Shown: positions 1 to 8,195 of the stretch, piece by piece
Position numbering within the stretch: position 1 is the stretch's first letter
How the letters are laid out: the number at the start of each line of letters is the position of its first letter
DNA from: Polyangiaceae bacterium
GTDB lineage: Bacteria; Myxococcota_A; Polyangia; Polyangiales; Polyangiaceae
Length of the DNA stretch: 30,095 nt
Direction of reading: 5' to 3'
Assembly: GCA_035063585.1 (NCBI GenBank)
Contig: JAPSGB010000052.1
Location: 1 to 30,095, forward strand
Notes under the pieces: model-generated
What the model saw: only the letters and a program-made list of their open reading frames with translations
Database searches by the model: none
Told to the model about the DNA's origin: nothing
Program-made: the position numbers and the translations under genes

Positions 1-161
1 TTGTGGTTCACGACCTCGACGGTACCGGCATCCCGGAGCCACCGCGAGAGCGTCGGCTGCGGAACGCCCACCTCCCGCGCCAAGGCCGTCGCGGAGACCG
101 CCCTCGGCCCTGCCATCCTACCCACCATGGCGGCGCGAAATCCTCTCGTGTACGGCTGCAT
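1..161 (-). CDS. IS3-family transposase OrfA, N-terminal part (HTH), truncated by window edge
   Basis: Hand translation from ATG at 161: MQPYTRGFRAAMVGRMAGPRAVSATALAREVGVPQPTLSRWLRDAG..., an HTH_Tnp_1-type pattern; not in the ORF track. Confidence 0.8.
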   Translation of the reverse strand, partial: MQPYTRGFRAAMVGRMAGPRAVSATALAREVGVPQPTLSRWLRDAGTVEVVNH

Positions 162-278
162 AGACCAGAACCCTGCTCGCCCCCTGAGACGGCGCACCCC
201 ACCGACGCCCAGCCCATTCTTGGGTGGGCTGGGCGGGCGCACCCGGTGCAAATTCGAGGCGACAACTATCCTGACGCA
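1..278 (-). mobile_element. Left end of an IS3-family insertion sequence (runs off window)
   Basis: On the minus strand a terminus TGCGTCAGGATAGTTGTCGC begins at 278 (5'-TG end, next to a C6 run) and is followed ~117 bp later by an HTH transposase OrfA. Confidence 0.75.
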
Positions 279-352
279 GGGGGGCTCCGAGCAGGAAACC
301 TGCGCGCCAAGCTTGCGCGGGTCGTGGCCCGCGGACGCCTTGGGAACTGGCC

Positions 353-1195
353 CTATGATTTGGATCGCTCGCGCTCGCCCCTTGGGGAGAGGAGCTCGAC
401 GAGGCACCAGCCGTCCTCGAGGGTCTGTCGGTGCGGCGCGAGCCCCGCCGCAGCGAGCGCGCGCTCCACCTCGCTCGCGCGCTCGGCGAGGAGCCCGGTG
501 CCCGCGACGACTCCGCCCGGGCGCGCGGCGCGGGCGAGCGCCGGGGCGAGCGCGATGAGCGTCGCGGCGTCGAGGTTCGCGACCACGAGCTCGGCGGCCT
601 CGACCTCGCTCGTCAGGCTGCCCACCTCGAAGCGGCAGACGCGCTCGAGCCCGTTCAGTCGCGCATTCGCCCGGGCGGCGCGGACGGCCTCCGCGTCGAG
701 GTCGAGCCCGCGCGCGCCCGCGGCGCCGCAGGCCGCCGCGATGAGCGCCAGCACGCCGCTGCCGGTGCCGACGTCGAGCACGCGCGCGCCCGGGTGCTCG
801 CGCACGTAGCGCTCGACCAGCGCGGCGGCGAGCCGCGTGGTCGGGTGCCCGCCGGTGCCGAAGGCCGCGCGCGGCTCGTACACGAGCGTGCGGCGTCCTT
901 CGGGCGCGGGCTCCGCGTTACTCGCCGGCTGGAACACGAACCCCGTGCCGAGCGGCTCGGGGCGGAGGTAGTCCGTCCACGCGGTCCGCCACGCGTCGTC
1001 GAGCTCTTCCATGCGGAATTCGGCGCCGGGCAGCGCCGCCGCGAGCGCCGCGCGGAGGCGCTCGAGCTCGGGCGCTTCGCCGTAGGTCGCGAGCCCCTCA
1101 TCCAGCTCCTCGACCGCGCCAGCGCCGAGCTCGAAGAAGAGCGCGCTCGCGCGGTCCACGTCCGCTTCGGGCAGCGCGACGACGAGCTTCCGCAT
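353..1195 (-). CDS. prmA: Ribosomal protein L11 methyltransferase
   Basis: AFGTGGHPTTRL, VLDVGTGSGVLA and VVANL motifs; start placed at ATG 1195 (MRKLVV), which overlaps the upstream stop as TGATG. Confidence 0.88.
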   Translation of the reverse strand: MRKLVVALPEADVDRASALFFELGAGAVEELDEGLATYGEAPELERLRAALAAALPGAEFRMEELDDAWRTAWTDYLRPEPLGTGFVFQPASNAEPAPEGRRTLVYEPRAAFGTGGHPTTRLAAALVERYVREHPGARVLDVGTGSGVLALIAAACGAAGARGLDLDAEAVRAARANARLNGLERVCRFEVGSLTSEVEAAELVVANLDAATLIALAPALARAARPGGVVAGTGLLAERASEVERALAAAGLAPHRQTLEDGWCLVELLSPRGERERSKS

Positions 1196-1605
1196 CAGCC
1201 GGCGCTCTTCGCGCGCTTCTTGGTCGCGGTGTCCATCACCGTCCAGCCGAGCGCGCTCTCGGTCCAGATGTCCATCGTGGGGCGGAGCGCGCTCGGGTCG
1301 TCGAAGCCGCCGACCTTCACGATCGCGAGCGTGGCGAGGCCGTCGCTCGCCGAGAAGAGCGGCGAGCCGCACTCCGGGCAAAACCCCCGGCGCACGACGC
1401 TCCCGCTCTCGGCCGTCGTGGCGCGCCATCTCGGCTCGCCCTCCACCGCGAGCGCCTCGGAAGGAAACACCGCCACCGTGGAGAACGCCGTGCCGCTCGC
1501 GCGCTGGCAGTCCCGGCAGTGGCAGTTCAAGACGACGAGCGGCTCGCTCGTGGTCGTGAACCGGATCGCGCCGCAGGCGCAGCGGCCCGCGCGCGGCGCG
1601 CTCAT
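1195..1605 (-). CDS. GFA (glutathione-dependent formaldehyde-activating/CENP-V) family protein
   Basis: GRCACGAIRF, CHCRDCQR and RGFCPECGSPLF zinc-binding motifs. Confidence 0.92.
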   Translation of the reverse strand: MSAPRAGRCACGAIRFTTTSEPLVVLNCHCRDCQRASGTAFSTVAVFPSEALAVEGEPRWRATTAESGSVVRRGFCPECGSPLFSASDGLATLAIVKVGGFDDPSALRPTMDIWTESALGWTVMDTATKKRAKSAG

Positions 1606-1642
1606 GGCGAGCCTCGCGCCGCGCGCTCTCGGCGCGCCGCGC

Positions 1643-2020
1643 TCAGGTCCCGGGCGGGCACGGTACCGGCGTGGGGGTGCCGGGCGCCTGCCCCGGGATG
1701 GTCACCTGGAACACGCAGGTGCCGTCCGCCTTCTTGAAGACACCCGGGACCAGAGTCGGCGTCATGTCCGTGGCGGTGGGCGCGGTCGTCGCGGTGGGCG
1801 CGGGAGTGGGCGCGGGAGCCGGCTGCTGCGGGTACTGCTGCTGCGGGTACTGCTGCTGCGGGTACTGCTGCTGCGGGTACTGCTGCTGCGGGTACTGCTG
1901 CTGCGGGTACTGCTGCTGCTGCGGGTACTGCTGACCCGGCTGCTCCTCGCTGTTCTTGCTGCACGCCGCGAGGGCGGCGCTCAACACACCGAGGGCCAAG
2001 AGAGAGCGATGGAACGTCAT
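1643..2020 (-). CDS. Small lipoprotein with QQ(Q)YP repeats
   Basis: Signal peptide with lipobox LAAC; 7 YP-containing Gln-rich repeats; Pro/Thr linker; short two-Cys C-terminal region. Confidence 0.8.
   Translation of the reverse strand: MTFHRSLLALGVLSAALAACSKNSEEQPGQQYPQQQQYPQQQYPQQQYPQQQYPQQQYPQQQYPQQPAPAPTPAPTATTAPTATDMTPTLVPGVFKKADGTCVFQVTIPGQAPGTPTPVPCPPGT
1822..1933. repeat. 15-bp coding tandem repeat GGGTACTGCTGCTGC (about 7 units, one with an extra codon)
   Basis: Directly visible; encodes QQQYP on the minus strand. Confidence 0.95.
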
Positions 2021-2133
2021 GGCATCATTCGAGCACGCTCCGGGGCGGCGGGCCAGCGTCCCGTGCGCGCCGGGCGCGGGGCCCGCGAGCGCGCCCGGCC
2101 CGGCAGGAAATTCCCTTGGAGGAACCTCGGATT

Positions 2134-2159
2134 TTGTCGGTCCGGCGCGGAATCGCGCG
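2134..2159. repeat. Dispersed intergenic motif, copy 1 (TTGTCGGTCCGGCGCGGAATCGCGCG)
   Basis: 25/26 identical to 8154-8179; related copies at 12455-12478 and, inverted, at 12498-12511. Confidence 0.8.
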
Positions 2160-2231
2160 GCCTGTCGCGCGGGGCGCCCGCCGGGGCGCGCTGCTCGCGG
2201 CTCGACCGGGTGCGCTAGAGTCCGAGGTCGA

Positions 2232-2828
2232 ATGACGCGCGAGATCGAGCTCGAGCCGCCGGTCTTCGAGACCGCGCGCCTGCGGGTGCGGATGCTCGCG
2301 CCGGAGGCGGCGGCGCGGATGTGCCGCTATCACCTCGACAACCGCGCGCATCTCGCGCGATGGGAGCCGCCACGGCCTCCCGGCTTCTTCACCGAGGACT
2401 TCTGGGAGTGGCGGCTCGAGCGCAGTCGCGACGAGTATCTCGCGGATCAGTCGCTCCACCTCTCGCTCGAGGCGCGCGACGATCCGGACGGCCCGCTCGT
2501 CGGGCAGGCGTCGCTCAGCCACTTCGTGCGGGGCGCGCTCCAGGGGTGCACGCTCGGCTACAGCCTCGGCGCGGCGTTCGAGGGGCGCGGGCTGATGCAA
2601 GAGGCGCTCGCGCCGCTCCTCGCGCACGCCTTCGGGCCGCTCGCCTTCCACCGCGTCGAGGCGAACCATGGCCCGGAGAACCTACGCTCCGCGCGGCTCC
2701 TCGCGCGGCTCGGCTTCGAGCACGACGGCCTGGCGCGGAGGTATCTCTATATCGACGGCGCGTGGCGCGATCACGTCCGGACCGTGCTCTTGAACCCGGC
2801 GCCGATGCGCCCCCCGGCGCTCGGCTGA
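2232..2828 (+). CDS. rimJ: RimJ-like GNAT N-acetyltransferase
   Basis: NRAHLARWEP, VRGALQGCTLGYSLG, GRGLMQEAL, HRVEAN, NLRSARLLARLGF and YLYIDGAWRDH motifs; start ATG 2232 after GAGG. Confidence 0.8.
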   Translation: MTREIELEPPVFETARLRVRMLAPEAAARMCRYHLDNRAHLARWEPPRPPGFFTEDFWEWRLERSRDEYLADQSLHLSLEARDDPDGPLVGQASLSHFVRGALQGCTLGYSLGAAFEGRGLMQEALAPLLAHAFGPLAFHRVEANHGPENLRSARLLARLGFEHDGLARRYLYIDGAWRDHVRTVLLNPAPMRPPALG

Positions 2829-2890
2829 GCCAGCGTGCGAGCTTGCGCCGAGACGCGCGCGCTCGCCCGAAGTAGGCTCCCTGGCGCGCC

Positions 2891-4381
2891 GTGCTCGTCA
2901 CGCTCCTCACCATCGCCGAGGTCGTCTATGTCGTCGTGCTGGCGATCTGGATCCTGTTCGAGAAGCGGCCGCCCGTCTCCACCATCGCGTGGATCCTGGC
3001 GCTCATCGCGCTCCCGTACCTCGGTTTTTTCATCTACTTCTTTCTCGGCCGACGGCGGCTCGAACGTAAGCGACTCCGTTACCGGCGAGCGCGGGGCGCC
3101 GACCACGGCGCGCCGGGCGACGACGCGATCGCGCCCGCCCCGCGCCCAGCCGGGGCCGAACGCGAAGATCCGCGCGTCGGCGACCTCGATCGGCTCGCGA
3201 TGAACTCGGGCGAGCCGCCCTCGACGTTCGCAGACGAGGTCGAGGTCTTCCACGACGCGGCCTCCACCTACGACGCCATCGAGGCGGCGATCCGCGCTGC
3301 GCGCCACCACGTCCACGTCGCGTACTACATCTTCGACTCGGGTCGCGTCGGGACGCGCTTCATCGACTTGCTCATCGAGCGCGCGCAGGCCGGTGTGAAG
3401 GTGCGGCTGCTCATCGACGACGTCGGCTCGTCCGGGATGAAGCGCGACGCGGTTCGAAGGCTCGAGGCCGCCCAAATCACGGTCACGCGCTTCAACCCGG
3501 TGTCATTCTCACGGCTCCGGAGCCGCTTCGATTTCAGAAACCACCGCAAGATCGTGGTCTGCGACGGCCGGGTCGGGTTCACCGGCGGAATCAACCTCTG
3601 CGACGACTACCTGCCCGAACTCGATGACGAGGTGCCGCTCGGCGGCGCGCCGGCGCGCGCGCGGCGCGCACGCGCGCGCCATGGGCATCCGAGCCCCTGG
3701 CGCGACACCCACGTCAAGTTGGTGGGCGACGCGGTGCGCTGGCTCCAGCTCACGTTCCTCTGCGACTACCACTACGCGAGCGGCATGCTCGCGCGCGAGC
3801 CCGAAGTGTTCCCGCCGTTCACCGGCGCCGGGCGCCACCGCGTGCAGGTCGTGACCTCGGGCCCCGACCGAGAGATCCGTGCCATCCAGGACGCGTACTT
3901 TGCGGCGATGGCGCTCGCGCGCGAGCGCGTCTGGGTGACGACGCCGTACTTCATCCCCGATCAGGCGATGCGGGTCGCGCTCACCACGGCCGCGCGCCGC
4001 GGCGTCGACGTGCGGATCCTGGTTCCGCGACGGAGCGACTCGCTGGTCGTCACCGCCGCCGCGCGGTCGTATTTCGACGCGATCCTGGCGACCGGAGTGA
4101 AGATCTACGAGTACACGCCCACCATGATCCACTCGAAGACGCTGGTCGTGGACGACTTCTTCGCCGCGGTCGGTACCGCCAACCTCGACATCCGCAGCTT
4201 CCGGTTGAACTTCGAGATCACCGCGATCCTCTACGGGGAGACGCACGCGCGCGAGCTAGCCCGTGCGTTCGAGCGTGACCTCGCGAGCGCGGTCGAGGTG
4301 ACGCCGCAGACGCGCGCGCACCTCGGCTTGGCGTGGCGCGCGGCCGAGGCGGGGGCCAGGGTGCTCTCGCCGCTGCTCTGA
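2891..4381 (+). CDS. cls: Cardiolipin synthase
   Basis: Two N-terminal TM helices (PLDc_N) and two HKD motifs, RNHRKIVVCDG and IHSKTLVVDD. Confidence 0.93.
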   Translation: MLVTLLTIAEVVYVVVLAIWILFEKRPPVSTIAWILALIALPYLGFFIYFFLGRRRLERKRLRYRRARGADHGAPGDDAIAPAPRPAGAEREDPRVGDLDRLAMNSGEPPSTFADEVEVFHDAASTYDAIEAAIRAARHHVHVAYYIFDSGRVGTRFIDLLIERAQAGVKVRLLIDDVGSSGMKRDAVRRLEAAQITVTRFNPVSFSRLRSRFDFRNHRKIVVCDGRVGFTGGINLCDDYLPELDDEVPLGGAPARARRARARHGHPSPWRDTHVKLVGDAVRWLQLTFLCDYHYASGMLAREPEVFPPFTGAGRHRVQVVTSGPDREIRAIQDAYFAAMALARERVWVTTPYFIPDQAMRVALTTAARRGVDVRILVPRRSDSLVVTAAARSYFDAILATGVKIYEYTPTMIHSKTLVVDDFFAAVGTANLDIRSFRLNFEITAILYGETHARELARAFERDLASAVEVTPQTRAHLGLAWRAAEAGARVLSPLL

Positions 4382-4437
4382 GGCCGCCGCGTCTGGCCCA
4401 GGCGAAGGGGCCAAAGTCGCGGCTTTGTCGTTCAATG

Positions 4438-4454
4438 TGTTTCATAATGAAACA
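4438..4454. promoter_or_regulatory. Perfect palindrome TGTTTCAT-A-ATGAAACA; putative activator (UAS) or operator site
   Basis: AT-rich 8+1+8 inverted repeat in a GC-rich intergenic region, ~55 bp upstream of a sigma54-like element. Confidence 0.7.
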
Positions 4455-4506
4455 TGCGGCGGAACGCTGGCATCACTGGCGAGAAGGGCGCACCCTTCCG
4501 GTCGGC

Positions 4507-4522
4507 TGGCACCGAAGGTGCA
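4507..4522 (+). promoter_or_regulatory. Putative sigma54 (-24/-12) promoter TGGCACCGAAGGTGCA
   Basis: TGGCAC...TGCA with canonical GG-N10-GC spacing, upstream of the radical SAM start at 4586. Confidence 0.65.
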
Positions 4523-4585
4523 TTGGCGGGCGCGGTCCCCACCGGGCGGCGTCCGCGCGCCGCTCGTGACCGGCCCGGAGCGTCC

Positions 4586-5728
4586 ATGCAGCAGCCTCGT
4601 GAAGTCCTCAACCGGCGCGACCACGCGCACCCGTTCGACGACCACCCGTTCCTCGCCATCTGGGAGCTCACTCGCGCGTGCGATCTCGCGTGCGTGCACT
4701 GCCGCGCGTCGGCGGTGATGTACCGCGATCCTTTCGAGCTCAGCCTCGACGAGGGTAAGCGGCTCCTCGATCGCATCGCCGCGATGGGCACACCGCTCAT
4801 GGTGCTGACCGGCGGCGATCCGGCGAAGCGCCCGGACCTCATCCAGCTCATCGAGCACGGCGCGAAGACGGGGATGATCATGGCGGTCACGCCTTCGGGC
4901 ACGCCGCTCATGACGCGCGAGCTGCTCCGCAGCATGCGCGACGCGGGCATGGCGCGGCTGGCCGTCTCGCTCGACGGCCCGACCGCCGCCGTGCACGACG
5001 CCTTCCGTCGCGTAGAGGGCAGCTACGAGCACACACTCCGCATCCTGAACGACGCCGCCGCGCTCGGCATCGAGCGGCAGATCAACACCACGCTCGGCCA
5101 CCAGAACCGCAAGACGCTCCCTGCGATGGCCGCGGTCGTGCGCGAGGTCGGCGCGGTGCTCTGGAGCGTGTTCGTGGTGGTGCCGACCGGGCGCGCCACC
5201 CCCTCGCTCTTGCTCGATGCCGATCAGCTCGAGGAGTCGCTCGTCGAGCTCGCCGACCTCGCGGAGGGCGCGCCCTTCGACGTGAAGACCACCGCCGCGC
5301 CGCACTTCCGCCGCATCCAGATGCAGCGAAAGATGAAGGCCAAGGGCGTGCTCCACGACCTCGACGCGGACGGCCACGTGCTCGGGCCGCGCGGCATCAA
5401 TGACGCGCAGGGCTTCGTGTTCATCTCGCACCACGGCGACGTGTTCCCGAGCGGATTTCTGCCGGTGAGCGCGGGTAACGTGCGCGAGACGGACATCGTC
5501 GAGCTCTACCGGACCTCGCCGCTCTTCACCGAGCTCCGCGACGCCTCGGCGATCCGCGGAAAATGCGGGGTCTGCCCGTTCAAGTACGTGTGCGGCGGCT
5601 CGCGCGCGCGCGCCTACGCGATGACCGGCGACATGATGGAATACGATCCGCTCTGCTCGTACATCCCGAAGGGCTGGGTCGAGCCGAAGAAATCGGACGA
5701 GCTTCTCACGCTCCGCACCGGCTCGTGA
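4586..5728 (+). CDS. Radical SAM/SPASM protein (TIGR04053/NirJ-AhbD-like, possibly heme-related)
   Basis: WELTRACDLACVHCRA (CX3CX2C), LTGGDP and SLDG motifs; SPASM GKCGVCPFKYVCGGSRARAYA...DPLC; GGAG before ATG 4586. Confidence 0.85.
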   Translation: MQQPREVLNRRDHAHPFDDHPFLAIWELTRACDLACVHCRASAVMYRDPFELSLDEGKRLLDRIAAMGTPLMVLTGGDPAKRPDLIQLIEHGAKTGMIMAVTPSGTPLMTRELLRSMRDAGMARLAVSLDGPTAAVHDAFRRVEGSYEHTLRILNDAAALGIERQINTTLGHQNRKTLPAMAAVVREVGAVLWSVFVVVPTGRATPSLLLDADQLEESLVELADLAEGAPFDVKTTAAPHFRRIQMQRKMKAKGVLHDLDADGHVLGPRGINDAQGFVFISHHGDVFPSGFLPVSAGNVRETDIVELYRTSPLFTELRDASAIRGKCGVCPFKYVCGGSRARAYAMTGDMMEYDPLCSYIPKGWVEPKKSDELLTLRTGS

Positions 5729-5747
5729 GCGCCCGCGCGCTCGGGAA

Positions 5748-8087
5748 CTAACCCCGGCGAGCCTTGGGTTTTGCCGGTGCGGCGCGTCGCCGCCCCAGCG
5801 CGACCGCAGCCGCGAGCGTGAGGAGCGCCGCTGTGCCGCCGCGCGCGCGCGCGTGGCCGCCAGCGCGGCATCCGCAGCCGCCGCCCTCGACGGCGAGGCC
5901 CGGCTCAGCGCCGAGCGCGCCGCCGGTGCCGGGCGCGCCGCCCGCGCCGCCCGCGCCGCCCGCGCCGCCCGCGCCGAGCGCCTCTCGCTCGACGTCCACC
6001 GTCAGGTTGCGGTAGCCGCCGTCCTGGTCGCCGGCGTTCACCAGCATGAAGTACGCGTCGGTCGCGCCCTCCGGCACGTCGACCGTGACCTCCCAGCTCG
6101 TCGCGCTCTTCTTCGTGTCGAGCGGCGGGTCCGCGTTCGACGCGATCCCCGCCTCGTAGCTCATCACGATGGGGTCCTTCGCGAAGCGCATCAGCACGCG
6201 GGGTGTGTACGGCGAGCCGCCGCCGAGGCCGCCCGCCATCCCGCCGCTCACGTTGGCGTTGAAGAAGCGCACGGTGAGCGAGCGCGGCGCTTCGCCGAGC
6301 GGGACGTGGACCTGCAGCAGCCCCGGGCCGTAAGGAGCGTTCGCGCCGAGCCCCATGCTGGCCTTGCCGGCTACCACGAGCGCGGAGCCGAGGCTCGGAT
6401 CCGAGCCGGAAATCGGGGTCCCTTCCCACTCGAGGATGCGACGACACGCCGGCAGCACGCCGCGCGCCGCGAACTCGCTCTCGAGAGCGGCGCCGGCGGC
6501 GGCGCCGAGCGGCGACTCCTCGACCGCGGCGACGAAGAGCTCGGCGACGTCCTCGTAACCGACGTCCCCGCTCGGCGCGCCGACGAGCGCGGTGAGCAGC
6601 GCCTGATCGAAGACGGGGCGCTCGGCTTCGGTGAGCCCCATGCGTACCGCCCACAGCGCCGCCGCGAAGAATTGCGAGTCCGAGTGCACCTCGCCGGAGA
6701 GGTTCTCGGGGCAGCGCTTCGGGTTGTCGAGGCTACGGATCGCGCCCATCCCGAGGCTCGAGCCGGCGTACTCACCGACCATCGGATCGCCGGTGATCGC
6801 GCTCGAGAAGTAATCGGCGAGGCCCTCGTTCATCGCGCCCGGCGCGTCGGTCGCGCCCTGCGCGTCGAGGTGCCACCCGCTCACGAGCCCGATGGTGCGA
6901 TCGATCATCGCGTGACCGAACTCGTGATAGACGACGTCGCCGTCGTAGGCGAAGTCGCCGCCGGTGCCCTGGCCGAACCACATCGCGCCCGAGTCGATGC
7001 CGAACGCGCCCGAGAAGAGCGGATCGGCCGGTGAGAAGAACGCGTTGTCGAAGGGCACGAGCGGCAGGTTCGGGTCGCTCGCGAGGCTCAGGTCGAAGCC
7101 GTTCATGAGCCCCTGCGGGAGCCGGAGGTTCACCACCGCGGGGAGCTGCTTCGGCACGAGATCCGGCATGCCGAGCGCTCCGAGGAAGCGGTACGCCTTG
7201 GTCACGTGATAGTACATCGAGACCTCGGCGAAGGGGTCCTCCGGAGCCGTGTCCGAGGTGAACGCGTAGGGGAAATCGCCGTCATCGTTGGCGGTCGCCG
7301 TCTGCTCGAGAGCGCAGACGTGGAGCGTCATGCCATAGACGCTGGTGGTGCCCTGCCGATCGATGCAGTTCTTGACGATGACCTGCTCGCTCGTGAGGTT
7401 CGTGGCGCCGGGCGCGAGCTCGTCAAACGTCACGTCGATGGGCGTCGCGGTCTTCACCGGGTTGAACTCGAACACGCTCGCTCGGCGATCGAAGCGCACC
7501 GCGTTCACGCGGAGCAGGAGCGCGCCGGTCTCGGCGTCGATCAGCACGAGCGGCGCGTAGGGCACCCCGCCGGTGACGTCGCGATGAAACGCCCAGGCGA
7601 GCCGCGCGGTATCCGCGCCGGGCCACCAAACCAGGCGGCCCGGGCCGAACGACACGCCCGCGGCGCGCTCGGCGACCCGGTTCGCGCGGGCGGCGTCGAG
7701 CGCCGGCGTCGCGCTTCCGGAGAACCGCGAGACGAGCCGCGCGGTCGCCCACGAGGTCGCCGCGCCGCGCGCGTCGATCAGCACCGCAGCGCCGCGCTGG
7801 ACCACCGGGAGCCCCTGGTGTTCCTGACGGAATCGCACCATCTCGCGGCCGCCTCCGAGCGACACGCTCGCCGCGTGCGCGAGCTCGAGCCGCGCGATGA
7901 GCGGCGCGCGGACCGAGAGCGCGCGCCGCGCGGTCGCCACCGCGTCACCCGCGACGAGCGCGCGAGCGCCGGACGCGGGCGGGAGCAAGAGCGGCGCGCG
8001 CGAGCCCGCGCTGGCGGCGGAGGCGGCGAGCAGCCCCGAAGCGACGACGAGCGAACCGAGCAGCGTGGTGGTCTTCACGCGCGGCAT
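5748..8087 (-). CDS. Secreted zinc metalloprotease (M36/M4-like) with propeptide and MYXO-CTERM-like tail
   Basis: Signal peptide; VRFRQEHQGLPV propeptide-like segment; VVYHEFGH and GAMNEGLADYF; C-terminal GGGCGCR...AALLTLAAAVALGRRR. Start may be 8087 or 8078. Confidence 0.85.
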   Translation of the reverse strand: MPRVKTTTLLGSLVVASGLLAASAASAGSRAPLLLPPASGARALVAGDAVATARRALSVRAPLIARLELAHAASVSLGGGREMVRFRQEHQGLPVVQRGAAVLIDARGAATSWATARLVSRFSGSATPALDAARANRVAERAAGVSFGPGRLVWWPGADTARLAWAFHRDVTGGVPYAPLVLIDAETGALLLRVNAVRFDRRASVFEFNPVKTATPIDVTFDELAPGATNLTSEQVIVKNCIDRQGTTSVYGMTLHVCALEQTATANDDGDFPYAFTSDTAPEDPFAEVSMYYHVTKAYRFLGALGMPDLVPKQLPAVVNLRLPQGLMNGFDLSLASDPNLPLVPFDNAFFSPADPLFSGAFGIDSGAMWFGQGTGGDFAYDGDVVYHEFGHAMIDRTIGLVSGWHLDAQGATDAPGAMNEGLADYFSSAITGDPMVGEYAGSSLGMGAIRSLDNPKRCPENLSGEVHSDSQFFAAALWAVRMGLTEAERPVFDQALLTALVGAPSGDVGYEDVAELFVAAVEESPLGAAAGAALESEFAARGVLPACRRILEWEGTPISGSDPSLGSALVVAGKASMGLGANAPYGPGLLQVHVPLGEAPRSLTVRFFNANVSGGMAGGLGGGSPYTPRVLMRFAKDPIVMSYEAGIASNADPPLDTKKSATSWEVTVDVPEGATDAYFMLVNAGDQDGGYRNLTVDVEREALGAGGAGGAGGAGGAPGTGGALGAEPGLAVEGGGCGCRAGGHARARGGTAALLTLAAAVALGRRRAAPAKPKARRG

Positions 8088-8115
8088 CCTGTCGCCCGCA
8101 CCCCGCTCGCGCAAG

Positions 8116-8133
8116 ACGTGGAAAATTCCACGT
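8116..8133. promoter_or_regulatory. Palindrome ACGTGGAA-AA-TTCCACGT; putative operator
   Basis: Perfect 8-bp arms ~30 bp upstream of the protease start. Confidence 0.5.
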
Positions 8134-8153
8134 GGGTAGGGAAGAGTGAGGGG

Positions 8154-8179
8154 TTGTCGGTCCGGCGCGGAACCGCGCG
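8154..8179. repeat. Dispersed intergenic motif, copy 2 (TTGTCGGTCCGGCGCGGAACCGCGCG)
   Basis: Near-identical to 2134-2159. Confidence 0.8.
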
Positions 8180-8195
8180 CTCCGCTCGAGCGCGC

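Noticed and set aside
1196..1429. N-terminal extension of prmA in the ORF track
   Set aside because: Overlaps the GFA gene; ATG 1195 with TGATG coupling is more plausible
1671..1934. Plus-strand GYCCC poly-Cys peptide as a metallothionein or RiPP precursor
   Set aside because: Antisense of the QQQYP repeat; the minus-strand frame has a proper lipoprotein signal
431..2218. Long antisense or alternative-frame ORFs (also 11593-13383, 20490-22271, 22523-24349, 25925-28018)
   Set aside because: Arg/Ala/Pro-rich shadows of real genes, expected in high-GC DNA; no recognisable motifs
4586..5728. Radical SAM/SPASM as a RiPP maturase
   Set aside because: No adjacent precursor peptide, RRE or transporter; motifs fit the NirJ/Ahb-like group
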